Source: Raja brachyura
Taxonomy: Eukaryota
DNA: 64,000 bases
Assembly (NCBI GenBank): GCA_963514005.1
Contig: OY740803.1
Coordinates: forward strand, 36,890,001 to 36,954,000
Reading direction: 5' to 3'
This document shows, in pieces, positions 10,256 through 22,460 of this stretch (the first letter of the stretch is position 1; the number at the start of each line of letters is the position of its first letter). A model generated the notes under the pieces. The model had not been told where the DNA came from. It was given only the letters and a program-made list of their open reading frames with translations, and searched no databases. Made by a program: the position numbers and the translations under genes.

Positions 10256-11355
10256 CGGTACCCGGACGTAGCGTCGAAGGACGAGAAGCCTAAGCAAAGA
10301 AGTGGAAGCCAAATAAACGAACGGAAACAAAGCCGAAACGCCAAATAACCGAAAGCGTACGCAGCTCAAACGGCAACTAACCGAAAGGGTGGCGGGAGTG
10401 AATCGCCCTGTGTGGGTGTCTGGGTCCGGGGGTCGGGGGGGAGGGGGGGTGTGAATCACCCTGGTGTGGGGCAGGCACGTGCCGTGAGTAATTAGTCAGG
10501 GTAGGCAGTGGCTTTTAAAAATCTTGAAAACCGCACATGCGCAGATTGTTCTCTCCCCGGTGAGCTGTCAACCGGCTTTAAAAAATCTTGGGAACCGAGC
10601 ATGTGCAGATTGTTCTCTCGACTTTTATCAAGTAATTTGTCTTCAATAGGTCCATTCTCTTAATAAAATAATTAAAAACATATAGCTCAAAGAAATGTAC
10701 TTACCATATTATTTGTATACAAAATCCATTCGTCTCTCTTCGTTTCCTGATGTACCAAGCTGTTTTAAATGTTCCAATTATTTTTGTTCCTTTGTGCTGT
10801 TGAAGTTCTTTAAGTTCCGCCGTTGGTCTGCCATTTTTAATTATTTTGATCTTTTCCTCGTAAGTTTGCTTCGAGAAACTCTTCAGGTAATCACTATCCA
10901 TCTTTGAAAAACCCGCCAAGAAACTTGTGCATACGCATGCGCAGTAGGCTGGTGCGCATGCGCAGTGTGCAGCGCAGCACATGCACGCAGTCCACGGTGT
11001 ATAGGTAGAATTTTAGCTGCCTTTACGGCCCGTTCCCACTGATGGCTTGAAGCATTGTGGCCGTGGGAGAGTGGGGGCTGTCTGGACCAATCGCTGACAA
11101 GTCCCGCCCCCCCCCCCCCCCAGCGGCTTCATGTCCGTTATTTGACTTAGGCTGAGCGGCCACTCGGTGAGTTGGTTTGTAGGTGACGCAGCCTTTTGGT
11201 GAGTTGGCGTTTCGGCAGAGCAGCCTTTTGGTGAGTTTGCTTTTAGGCGTCCCACGCTTTTGGTTATTTGGCGTTTTGGCTTAGTTTCCATTCGGTTATT
11301 TGGCTTCCACTTCTTTGCTTCGGCGTCTCGTCCGTCGACGCCACGTCCGCACACG
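10256..11355. mobile_element. Non-autonomous long-TIR DNA transposon (MULE/foldback-like)
   Basis: ~100-130 bp imperfect TIRs built from gccaaataaccgaa-like subrepeats. Flanking direct repeat tgttgta at 10249-10255 and 11356-11362. Confidence 0.75.
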
Positions 11356-11481
11356 TGTTGTACAGTCCGCTAGTATACTGTCTCTGAACCACTCGGATTA
11401 ATATAAATATCTTTTACTGACTGGCATTTTCAATTTTACCAGTCTCCTTGTGATCAGTTTTTAATTTTCTTTCCCATGCAG

Positions 11482-11562
11482 GTGACAACGGGCCTTGGTC
11501 TGAGAAATGCCAGTTCTCTGGAAGTGTTGGCCCATTTGTAGGCAAGTGGCAAACACAACAAG
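11482..11562 (+). CDS. ARSG: ARSG exon ([28 protein letters not shown])
   Basis: catgcAG acceptor, GTaata donor, 81 nt, phase 1-1. Contains the sulfatase DNG motif and an ARSG-like GSVGPF..WQT segment. Confidence 0.95.
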
Positions 11563-11889
11563 GTAATAAACAGATAAAATAAGTTGCTTTTCCAAAAAAT
11601 GAAAAGTCTCATAATTTTAAATGTTGAATACTGGGATACAGCTTGAATTTAAACCAGCATCCGCAGTTCTTTCCTAAACATACAGCTGCACATCCATATA
11701 TATATATATTTTTTTGTATTTCAATGTTTTAGACTTTAAAATGGCTAACTGGAAGGGGATGAAAAACAGATATGGCTAAGAATGTGTGGGGCAGGGGAGT
11801 GGGTGTGGGTGGGTTTTAATTTCCTGAAGAGATCAAAGTTGGGAACTTACCACAGGTCACCAGACAGTATTTGTTTTTTGCTGTGTGTT

Positions 11890-12272
11890 GGTTCATAAGT
11901 TCACGGGTTCTTGAAGCAGAATTAGGCCATTCGGCCCATCAAGTCTACTCCGCCGTTCAATCATGACTGATCTATCTTTCCTTCTCAACCCATTCTCCCG
12001 CTTTCACCCCATAACCCCTGACACCCTTACTTATCAAGAATTTATCAATCTCAGCCTTAAAAATATCCATTGACTTAGCCTCCACAGCCTTCTGTGGCAA
12101 TGAATTCCGCAGATTCACCACCCTCTGACTAAAGAAACCACCTCTTCTCCTTTCTAAAAGTACGTATTTTTATTCTGAAGCTATGACCTCTGGTCTAAAA
12201 CTCTTCCACTAGTGGAAACATCCTCTCTACATCCACTCTATCCAGGCCTTTCACTCTTCGGTAAGTTTCGAT
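11890..12272 (-). mobile_element. CR1 3' fragment
   Basis: Reverse complement of the CR1 tail and LWNSLP region. Confidence 0.75.
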
Positions 12273-12278
12273 GAGTTT

Positions 12279-12957
12279 CAGACTATTATCTAAATGGTGG
12301 CCGATTAGGAAAAGGGGAGATGCAGCGAGACCTGGGTGTCATGGTACACCAGTCATTGAAAGTGGGCATGCAGGTGCAGCAGGCAGTGAAAAAAGCGAAT
12401 GGTATGTTAGCTTTCATAGCAAAAGGATTTGAGTATAGGAGCAGGGAGGTTCTACTTCAGTTGTACAGGGTCTTAGTGAGACCACACCTGGAGTATTGCC
12501 TACGGTATTGGTCTCCAAATCTGAGGAAGGACATTATTGCCTTAGATGGAGTGCAGAGAAGGTTCACCAGACTGATTCCTGGTCTTATGAAGAAAGACTG
12601 GATAGACTCGGTTTATACTCTCTAGAATGTAGGAGATTGAGAGGGGATCTTATAGAAACTTACAAAATTCTTAAGGGGTTGGACAGGCTAGATGCAGGAA
12701 GATTGTTCCCGATGTTGGGGAAGTCCAGGACTAGGTGTCACAGCTTAAGGATAAGGATCCTTTAAGACCGAGATGAGAAAGACGTTTTTCACACAGAGAG
12801 TGGTGGGTCTCTGGAACTCTCTGCCACAGAGGGTAGTAGATGCCAGTTCATTGGCTATATTTAAGAGGGAGTTAGATGTGGCCCTTGTGGCTAAGAGGAT
12901 AAGAGGGTATGGAGAGAAGGCAGGTACGGGATACCGAGTTGGATGATCAGCCATGAT
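12279..12957 (+). mobile_element. CR1 3' fragment (young subfamily)
   Basis: QRDLGVMVHQSLKV...LVRPHLEYC and RRLRGDLIETYKIL. Confidence 0.85.
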
Positions 12958-12974
12958 AGAAAAAAAAAAAAAAA

Positions 12975-13301
12975 ATAGGTGCAGGAGTAGGCCATTCAGC
13001 CCTTCGAGCCTGCACCGCCATTCAATGTGATGATGGCTGATCATCCAACTCAGTATCCCGTACCTGCCTTCTCTCCATACCCCCTGATCCCTTTTGCCAC
13101 AAGTGCCACATCTAACGCCCTCTTAAATATAGCCAATGAACTGGCCTCAACTACCTTCTGTGGAAGAGAATTCCAGAGACTCACCAATCTCTGTGTAAAG
13201 AATGTTTTCCTCATCTCGGTCCTAAAGGAATTCCCCCTTATCCTTAGACTGTGACCCCTTGTTCTGGACTCCCCCAACATCGGGAACAATCTTCCAGCAT
13301 C
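12975..13301 (-). mobile_element. CR1 3' fragment, inverted relative to 12279-12957
   Basis: FPMLGESRTRGHSL...LWNSLPQKVVEA on the minus strand. Confidence 0.85.
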
Positions 13302-13307
13302 TGCAGG

Positions 13308-13935
13308 TCAAGTTCAAGTTCGCATTTATTGTCACATGCATTCATTAAGGTACAGTGATATTTGAGTTGTCAAACAGCCATACCAGTAAAAAGAACATAA
13401 TACATGATAGAGTTTAACATAAACATCCATCACAGTGGAATCAACATTCCTCACTGATGGAAGGCGATAAAGTTCAGTCAATCTTCCTCCTTTGTCCACC
13501 CATGGTCGGGACCTTGAACCCTCCGCAGTCGCCGCTACGGACGGCCTGATGTACAAGCCCTCTCGTCGGGATGATCGAAACTCCGATGTCGGGACGGTTC
13601 AGAACACACTCCGTGGCTTGGAGTTCCCGAATCGGCCGCTTCTTCTCAGAGACCGCCGCTTCACGATGATAATGACCACAGGCCAGCGGTCGGAGCACTT
13701 CTTCTGGTGATCCCCGGCAAGGGGTCCCAGGCTCCACATTGAAAGTCCGCACCATGCGTGTGGCTAGAAGCTCCAGAGACAGCTGCGGTCAATACTTGCG
13801 ATCCTTGGGAAAGGATCCCAGGCTCCGCGATTGTAAGTCTGCACTGCGCCTCCCGCTGAAACTCTGGGCCAGTCTCCAGTCTGGAAAGGCCGCATCAAAC
13901 CAGTTGTTAGGCCGCGAGGGGGAAAAGATGCGACA
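13308..13935 (-). mobile_element. GC-rich non-autonomous retroposon with Rex-like tail (partial)
   Basis: 3' end (aataaa...ttgaacttga) and the preceding block are shared with copies at 31.9, 35.8 and 48.7 kb. Confidence 0.6.
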
Positions 13936-14612
13936 ATAGACAAAAGGTGCAGGAGTAGGCCATTTGGCCCTTCGAGCCTGCGTCGCCATTTAATGTGATC
14001 ATGGCAGATCATTCCCAATCAGTACCCCATTCCTGCCTTCTCCCCATATCCCCTGACTCCAGTATCTTTAAGATCATAAAGATCATATTGAATGGCGTCG
14101 CAGGCTCGAAGGGCCGAATGGCCTACTCCTGCACCTAATTTCTATGTTTCTATGTTCCCCACTCATCCTTCTAAACTCCAGCAATTACAGGCCCAGTGCT
14201 GTCAAACACTCATCATATGTAATCCAATAATTCCTCGGATCATTCTCGTAAACGTCCTATGGCCTCTCCAACACCAGCACATCCTTCAGATTTCCCCTCA
14301 GAAATGTGGTGCAAAACCGCTCATAATACTCCAAATGCGGTGTGACCAGTGCCTTATAAAGCCTAAGCATTACATCACTGTTTTTATATTCTAGTCCTCT
14401 CGAAATAAATGCTAGCATTGCTTTTGCCTTCCTTCCCACCGATTCGATCCTGTACCAGCACTCCCAAGCCCCTTTGCACCGCTGATTTCTGAATTCTGAC
14501 CCATTTAGAAAATAGTCTACGCCTTTATTCCTACTACCAAAATGCATGGCTGCACATAATTCTGCGCTGTATTCTATCTGCCACTTCTTTGCTCATTCTC
14601 CCAACCTGTCAA
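13936..14612. mobile_element. Cluster of CR1 fragments in both orientations
   Basis: CR1 tails plus MHFGSRNKGVDYFLNG...LYKALVTPHLEY on the minus strand. Confidence 0.7.
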
Positions 14613-14887
14613 GTTTTGATGAAGCACATTTAACTTTGCCATGACATCTTCATGTTTGTGCAAAAACCAAACTGCTGGAGGAATTCAGTGGATCAGGTAG
14701 CATCTGTGATGGCAAATGGACGGGTGACCTTTTGAGGTGAGACCTCTCTTCAGTCTCCTCCAGCGGATAGCTTTTTGAACAAGATTCCAGCATCTTAATC
14801 TTATGTCTCCATTTTCACATTTCTTCTGGATTTTCATCTTTATTGAGAAGAGTCCGTGAAATGTCTAATTACAATTTCAGAGAGAGT

Positions 14888-15240
14888 CACAAAATGCTGG
14901 AGTAACTCAGTGGGTCAGGCAGCATCTCTGGAGAACATGGATTGGTGACGTTTCAGGTGGGGGCCATTCTTCAGACTTGCAGGGTGGGGGGGGGGGCAGG
15001 AAAAGAAAGCTGGGAAAGAGGAGGGGCAAGACGGAGCGTAGCGATAGGCGTGAGCCTGAAGGATAAGGAGTTGCAAATTGTGAAACTTGAGGGTAGAAAA
15101 GTGAATTGTGTAGGTTGTGGAAGGAATGCAGGCGGAAGGGGAGGGGGAGGAGAGAAACAGTGCAAAGTCAGCCAGGGAGGAATTAAGTGGGATGGGGGGT
15201 TTCTTGGGGGAAAAAAGGAAGGGGGACGGGGGCTACCTTT
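14888..15240 (-). mobile_element. Penelope-like terminal fragment
   Basis: Arm of the palindromic family joined to purine-rich sequence like that flanking the GIY-YIG remnant at 45.3 kb. Confidence 0.5.
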
Positions 15241-15917
15241 CGTCACCTCAAACACTCACATCAATGGCCTTGGCCTTGGTTGGACGCTGAGATGGGGTTC
15301 TACCAGGTGCCTCACAACTCACAAATGAGCAGCTGGTGGGCACAAAGGTGGACATAGATAAAGTCCACTTTGAGGGGAGCTGCTCAGCTCAGGGCAGGTG
15401 CTGTGCCAGGAGCTCCATCAGACTGCATAGAGCAGCAACAAAGAATGCTTGAGATGCTGGGAGATGTCCCAACTACATTCCATTGTTCCCTCATCGCTAC
15501 AGAGTCTTAAATCTGGGAATTCCCTACCCAACAACACTATGACACTGTAAACCATTCAAAAAAGGTAACTAAGCACTACTTTTTCAAGGGCAATTAGGAA
15601 TGAGTCATGATTTCGGTTGTAATACACACACCCAAAAATGTACTTAAAATAATCCACCCTGTCAATTGTTCAGAACATCTTGAAAACTGAGCTAAATTAT
15701 TGAATTACCTTTGTAGCAGGGATTGCCATACTGGTTTGTGGAATCATATATTTTAATTTAACCCTTGGAATCTGCATATTGCCGTTTTAAATCTACTCTG
15801 CAAAACCTTCTAGGTCAGTTGTGTGATTACTCCATAAAACCAGGAACTGTAATATGTTTAGCATCAGCTATCCTGACAATTATTTAATTTTTGTCACTTG
15901 CTGGCATCTTATTCAAC

Positions 15918-16322
15918 ATGATATGATACGATAGAACTTTATTTATCTCAGGAGGGAAATTGGTTTGCCAACTGTCATAAAACACAACAAGATACATGAA
16001 ACATGAAATTAAAGTGGCGGGTGGAAAATCCAGGATTGGGGAGATACAAAGATTGGGGGGAAGGGGGGGGGGAGGGTCAGTCTACCCCACGACAGAAGGG
16101 GATGGCGTTGTACAGTTTGATAGCCACAGGGAAAAATGATCTCTTGTGGCATTCTATGCTGCATCTTGGTGGTACCAGTCTGTTACTGAAGGTGCTCCTC
16201 AAGTTGACCAGTGTGTCATGGAGGAGGTGAGCTGTATTGTCCAAGATGCTCCGCAGTTTGAGGAGCATCCTCCCCTCCAAGATCATCTCCAGTGAATCCA
16301 CCTCCGCATCCAGGATGGAGCA
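15918..16322 (-). mobile_element. Rex1-like LINE 3' end (same family at ~22785-23225)
   Basis: RSILDNTAHxLH...RSFFPVAIKLYN in both copies. Confidence 0.75.
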
Positions 16323-17125
16323 AGAAGCTAGAAAACCACCAAAAAACACAGGTTTAGTTGTTACCAAATTTCTTGAGCCTTCAAACTAAGTCTGGATGTG
16401 CTTAAGTCTAAATTTTCCCCTTAATCTTAATCCCCTTTCTCTAATTCTTTGACTAAGGGGCCTTTGGCACGCTCTTTCACTTTCACAACTCTTTTCACCT
16501 ACTTCACTCTCTTTCGTTCAATTCTTTTTCTTTAAAAGCCATAAAACTATGGGGTACAATGATTGTAACAATATATATGTGATGTACATTGATGTATTTA
16601 CCTCTAATAAATAAAAATATTAAAAAATAAAATAAATAAAACATTTAAATTTTCCCATTGGTTATACCAAGCAAACTGTTACATTGTAAATTATTGCTAT
16701 CACAGTGTTCGCCCAATGGTAAACGTAGGACTTGTTATTAAATGATGTGATAGGGGTTTGCATGAGAAACACTCCTTGTTAATAAGTTAGTACAGCGATT
16801 AGTTATACAGTTGCTCGGCAGCTGAACTTTTTTGGTGGGGGAGGGAGAGAAAATTCTTGAGAAGTGAAATTGAAAATCTTCAGTTTTCAATGCACAATCT
16901 GGGTAAATTTGCAAGTTAAGTAGTTTATTATTAATCTATAGAAATAAGGAACAGCAGATGCTGATTCACCAAGGAAAGACATAAAAAGCTGGAGTAAATC
17001 AGCAAGTCAGGCAGCATCTCTGGGGAACATGGATAGCTAACGTTTTGGGTCTGGACCCTTCTTCAGACTATTATTAATCTGTTGACTGTGATATTACATA
17101 ATTCAATTATAATGATTCAACTTAG

Positions 17126-17234
17126 GTGGCAGTTCAGCCAAAAGAACTACGTGGGAAGGTGGCCATCGAACTCCAGCTGTAGTGTATTGGCCAGGCAGAA
17201 TCCCAGCCAACACAACAAGCAGCTTACTGCTAAG
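17126..17234 (+). CDS. ARSG: ARSG exon ([37 protein letters not shown])
   Basis: cttAG acceptor, GTagga donor, 109 nt. Contains the sulfatase KxxxWEGGxRxP...WPG motif. Confidence 0.95.
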
Positions 17235-17920
17235 GTAGGAGAATGATGAAATAATTTGAGTTTGCTGCACTGACACGCTACAGAATCAGGTTAGCCAAAA
17301 TAATTTTCAAAACAAACGCCATTCACTTTGTTGTCGTATTAGTGATCTTTATAGGTCATCTCCCTCCTCGAGCAATGATAACTGTGGACATAGGGTGGTA
17401 ATTGAAAAATCTCCCGAATTATTCTTTGATATGTATATAATATGTTAAGTGTCAACAGTTATTATCAAGAGGAACTGCTTGAACTTTGGTAAGCGCCAGT
17501 GGTTTCACAAGAGAGAAGGAGAAAGCTAGCAAAGATATCAAAACACATGCTTGTTTGTAATCACTCCTGAATATCTGTTTAATTTTTGGATTATTTACGT
17601 CAGAGTTCTCTGAAATCTGAACTCTCCTTTACATTTGTATTTGTCTACCAACTCACTCAAGATTCATTCATGCTGTAGAGATAAAGTTGGATCTAAGAGA
17701 TACAACTTTTATCTCTTGGATCATAGAGTAATTCAAATACTTTCTTGATTAAAGGTTCGGTTCAACACAGAGACTTTACTAAACTCAAAATACTTATTAC
17801 TATCATCAAAGACATCACTATCTTAGTAAAAATGTTTTAACAAAATTATCATTGAAATTCTGTGGTCTATGACCTTATTCAAATCTAATGTTTTGTTCTA
17901 AAATTATCTCATTTTTACAG

Positions 17921-18041
17921 CACGTTAGATATATTTTCTACCCTGATTTCGCTAGCAGGAGCAAACCTGCCTCCAAACAGACGCTATGACAGTTTGGATA
18001 TAACAAACGTGCTGTTTGGCCAGTCCCACAGTGGACACAAG
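17921..18041 (+). CDS. ARSG: ARSG exon (STLDIFSTLISLAGANLPPNRRYDSLDITNVLFGQSHSGHK)
   Basis: tttttacAG acceptor, GTaaca donor, 121 nt. Contains the sulfatase DIxxTxxxLAG...D motif and is in frame with neighbouring exons. Confidence 0.95.
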
Positions 18042-19399
18042 GTAACATTTATTATTTTAATATAAACCAGAAAGAAGGCAAATGAAGAGACCTTCATCAC
18101 AAACAAAAACATTTCATGTTAAATGAATTATTTTTGCATTGTCGTTCTGTATACAAATAGAGCAATACATTTACATAAATGACCACACTAAATTATGAAT
18201 GTCCAATTGATCAGTTTTTTTAAGAGGGCATTTCGACCACCCTCCTGGTCTTACAAATAATGTGATGTAATCTTTTGTATCTGTAAGTCATAGACAAGAC
18301 TCTCAAGCCCTGAATTTACTACTCAAACTGTAAACTCTTTCAGTAACTTAACATTCCATCATTTTTCATTTAGTTCAGCAGCTTTAAAATCAAATTTTCC
18401 ACATTTGGTCTCTTTATTACAATATCTAGATGGAAACATTCCCTGGTTGCCAACATTTATCACTTTTAGAGAATACCAGCAACTTGTACTTAATTTTGTA
18501 CATTTGATTCTAAAAGTCTGTAGGCTCCTTTTGCTCTGGTATTTTATTTCATTCTTCACATATTTAAATTATAATGTTTTATTCTTAATTGTTTACTGTA
18601 TCTTGTGTTGTTACTTGTGAGCAAAGCACCGAGGCAAATTCATACTTGTCTAATAAAATGTATTCAATTCAATTCACTCTTCCAGTCCAGATTGAGGGTC
18701 CCAACCCGAAACTGTTCATTTCCCTACACAGATGCTGCTTGACTCACTGAGTTCCTCCAGCAGATTATTTGCTGCCGTAGATTTCTTTCCCCTTTATGTT
18801 TACTTTTGTTGCATTACTTTACCGTTGCATTTCATGTTTGGGAGGCAGTGAGAAAATGTCAGTTGTGCTTAATGTGCAGATAGATTCAGCTGCTTGTTGT
18901 GAATTCCTTATGATATCCATTGGCAATGACCTGGGATCTCAGGCAGGAATGCATTGGAAAATTGACATTTGCAGCTTTGATCTTGTTGCCAATTAGTAAT
19001 GGCTGGATATCAGGCTTGTAGCAGCAACACAGTTGATGGCAGCATGTCTTTCCCAAAGTGCAGATCAAACCTCAAAATTAAACCAAATTATGGTTTTCTG
19101 TATTGAATCCACAGCTCTTAACGCTTCTTCTTTATGTAACACACATACCATGTTTTACTAATTTATGCAATTGTCCAAAGGTTTTAATTTATGACTCCCT
19201 TTTACTTTTGCTGTCTTTTTCTTCTTTGGCATTCCCGAAGAGTCAAGGACAACTTGCTTTCATTCTGGTTTTATGGCGGACAAGGCCATTGTAGAAAATG
19301 TAGATCCTTCCATAGATAAGGCAGGAGGTGCTTTATGGAGCATGTGGGATGTTAGTTGTTTGGTGAGACCCTCGTTCTCCAACTTATGCAAAGATCTTG

Positions 19400-19640
19400 T
19401 GTACTTCTGGTACAATGACTTGAATGTTCTCAATACCATGCCAAAGGCTCTTTCTCTACTTTGATCAGCCACCGGCCAGAGTTCCTGAGAGTCAGTAGCA
19501 ATGTTGCATTTTTTTAAGGAATGCCTTGAATACATCCATGAATCTCTACCTCTGTGCATCTGATAATACATTCGAGTGGCGGAGCTCACTTTAGGAGTCT
19601 GGACCTTCCCGAGGTAACTGGCCACTTCCACTGCAGTATC
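19400..19640 (-). mobile_element. Ancient RTE-type LINE C-terminal remnant
   Basis: HSLKKCNIATDS...ADQS resembles the RTE C-terminal LKxSLKKCNIxxDxWExLAxDR. Confidence 0.45.
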
Positions 19641-19789
19641 TCCCTGAACATTTCACTTCTGTTGTGATGGTAGATCTGTGGCTGGTATCAGCCCTCTCTA
19701 ACCAAACAAAGTGGCCAAATTTCACTACTGTATGTCACAATTAATTTTCCAACCCAATAAGAAGGACAATTATCAGTTTGTTATTTCTT

Positions 19790-20118
19790 TAGACTTTAGT
19801 TTTACTTTAGACATACCGCATGGAAACAGGAAGTTTAGTCCACCGAGTCCACGTCAATCATCGATCACTCGCTCACACTAATTCAGTTATCTCACTTTCA
19901 CAACCGCTCCCTACACACTAGGGGCAATTGACAGAGGCCAATTAAACTGCAAACATGCATGACTTTGGGGTGTGCAAGGCAACTGCAGCACCCAGAGTAA
20001 ACCCATGCGATCACAAGGAGAATGTGCCAACTGCACACAGACAGCACCCGAGTTCAGGATCGAACCCGGATCTCTTGCGCTGTGAGACAGCAGCTATGCC
20101 AGCTGCGCCACTGTACCG
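19790..20118 (-). mobile_element. HE1-like SINE
   Basis: Reverse-complement head (ggatcgaacccgg...gcgccactgtaccgcc) and tail. Confidence 0.7.
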
Positions 20119-20144
20119 CCAAACATTTACAGTTATTTCCTGAA

Positions 20145-20700
20145 GACTTAGGTTTATTGCTGTCACATATACTGAGGTACAGTGAAAAGCTTTGTTTTGC
20201 ATGCGACCCAATCAAATCAAATAATACCATACATAAATACAATCAAGCCAAACTCAAGTACAATAGGTACAGTGAAGTTAAAAATCCAGTGTGTAGAATA
20301 TAGTTCTCAGCATTGTAGTGTAATAGTTCCCGAAACAAAGTCCAATGTCCTCAGTGAGGTAGGTTGGATAATCGGGCTGTCCCCTAGCTTATGGAAGAAC
20401 AGTTCAGAAGCTTGATAATGGAAGGGAAGACACCGTTCCTGAGTCTTGAGGTGCGCGCTTTCAAGCTCCTGTATCCTCAGCCTAACAGGAGCAGGGAGAA
20501 GAAGGAATGGCTGGATTTGAACAAGTCTTTGATAATATTGGCTGCTTTTCCGAGGCATCGTGAAGTGCAGATGGAGTCAATGGTGGGGAGAATGATCTGT
20601 GTTATGGACTGGGCTATATCGACAACTCTCTGCAGTTTCTTACAGTCTTGGGTAGAGCTGAACCCAAACTGAGCTGTGATGCAGCTGGACAGGAGGCTTT
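20145..20700 (-). mobile_element. Degenerate Rex1-like LINE 3' end
   Basis: Remnants equivalent to KAANIIKD and FPSIIKLLN, plus aataaa tail. Confidence 0.6.
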
Positions 20701-21904
20701 CTATTTAACCATTAAATTAACATCCCCTTTAAATGCATTTTAGCAGTAAGATATATTCCACATGCTCCTTGGAGTTGGTGAACCACTCAGTAAACAGACC
20801 TTGTAGGTTGGTTAACTTTGCATCCGGAAATGATTACCATGCAAGATAGAACTGCTTGGCCTTATTACTGCTGCTTGGTGGTGAACATATGATCTAAAGC
20901 TTAGAGATCACAAATACATCAAGGACAGCAGCAACTTCAGATATAATTATATTTAGATTTATAATAATATGAACTGCGGGCATTGCACCCAGCTTGACAG
21001 CTGTAAAAAGCTGTCAAAATTCGTCAACAGTATGATTGTTACTGGCACTCATAAGCATTGCCAAATTTTCATGAAATTACATTAATATTGTTAAAATGTA
21101 AATTACATTTGGGTGGTGGGTATATGGAATGAGCTGCCAGAGCTGCTAGTTGAGGTATAACAACATTTAAAATATATTTGGACAGGTACATGGATAGAAA
21201 AGGTTTTGAGGTATATGGGCCAAACATGAACACTAGTGTTCATGACATATATTGGTCGGCATGGGCAAGATGGGCCAAAGGGCCAGTTTCTATGCTATAT
21301 GACTATGACTATAAAAATCTAATATTAAATCTTTAAGTCTATAGAATATTTAATATTAACCATTGTTAAATTAATTAAGTAAACAACTAAAGTTTTGTGG
21401 ATGCGAAGGTTAGATAACATAGAGCTAACGTGAATGGGTGATCGATGGTCAGCATACACTCGGTGGGCCGATAGAGCTGATTCCATGTTGTATTTCTAAA
21501 CTAAACTTTCTGACTGTAGGTGGTTCATCCCACTCTTTAATGTCCCTCACAGCCAAGAGCAAACCCGGGTCTCTGGCACTGTAAGGCAGCATCTCTACCG
21601 CTGCGCCACCGTGCTGGTCCACAGATTGAATGTTTTTGCCGTACTGAAGTAGTTCATCTCTACGTCTGGAAACTGGAACCTAAAACAAATTATGGCCAAG
21701 ATATGTATTTTTTGCCAGTAAAAGCATTTTGTGTCCTTTGGCGAAAACCAGCATCTTCAGTTCCTTATTTCTTCATCTTTTGTGGAAGCAGTCCTCCAAT
21801 GCAAGGGCTGAACAATTCTGTTGGGTCAGTAAGCTCAATGCTGAACAAATTGCCACAGTGATGCCCTGTACAGCTGACAGAAGAATTTTTGAAAGATTGA
21901 CAGA

Positions 21905-22460
21905 GGATGGCAGAGTGGTAGAGTTGCTGCCTTATAGTGCCAGAAACCCCGGTTCGATCCTGACTACGGGTGCAGTACTGAGTTTGTACATTCGCCCTGT
22001 GACCGCGTGGGATTTCTCTGGGTGCCCTAGTTTCAATAGACAATAGACAATAGGTGCAGGCGTAGGCCATCCGGCCCTTTGAGCCATTTAATGTGATCAT
22101 GGCTGATCATCCCCAATCAGTACCCCATTCCTGCCTTCTCCCCATATCCCCTGACTCCGCTATTTTTAAGAGACCTTTCTAGCTCTCTCTTGAAAGCATC
22201 CAGAGAACCTGCCTCCACCGCCCTCTGAGGCAGGAAATTCCACAGACTCACAACTCTCTGTGAGAAAAAGTGTTTCCTCGTCTCCGTTCTAAATGGCACC
22301 CACACTCCACAAAGATTTACAGGTTTGGAGGTTAATTGGCCTTGGTAAATATCGTAAATTGTTCCTAGTGTGTAGAATAGTGTTAGTGTACCGGGTGATC
22401 GCTGGTTGGCGCGGACTTGGTGGACCAAAGAGCCTGTTTCTGAACTGTATCTCTAAAACT
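21905..22460 (+). mobile_element. HE1-like SINE with a nested minus-strand CR1 fragment (~22037-22297)
   Basis: The SINE V-domain is split by FFSQRVVSLWNFLPQRAVEA sequence. Confidence 0.7.

Noticed and set aside
19260-19631. 123-aa minus-strand ORF as a nested gene (e.g. SLC16A6, nested in human ARSG)
   Set aside because: It has no transmembrane or MCT features and part of it resembles an RTE LINE C-terminus. I saw no SLC16A6 exon in this window.
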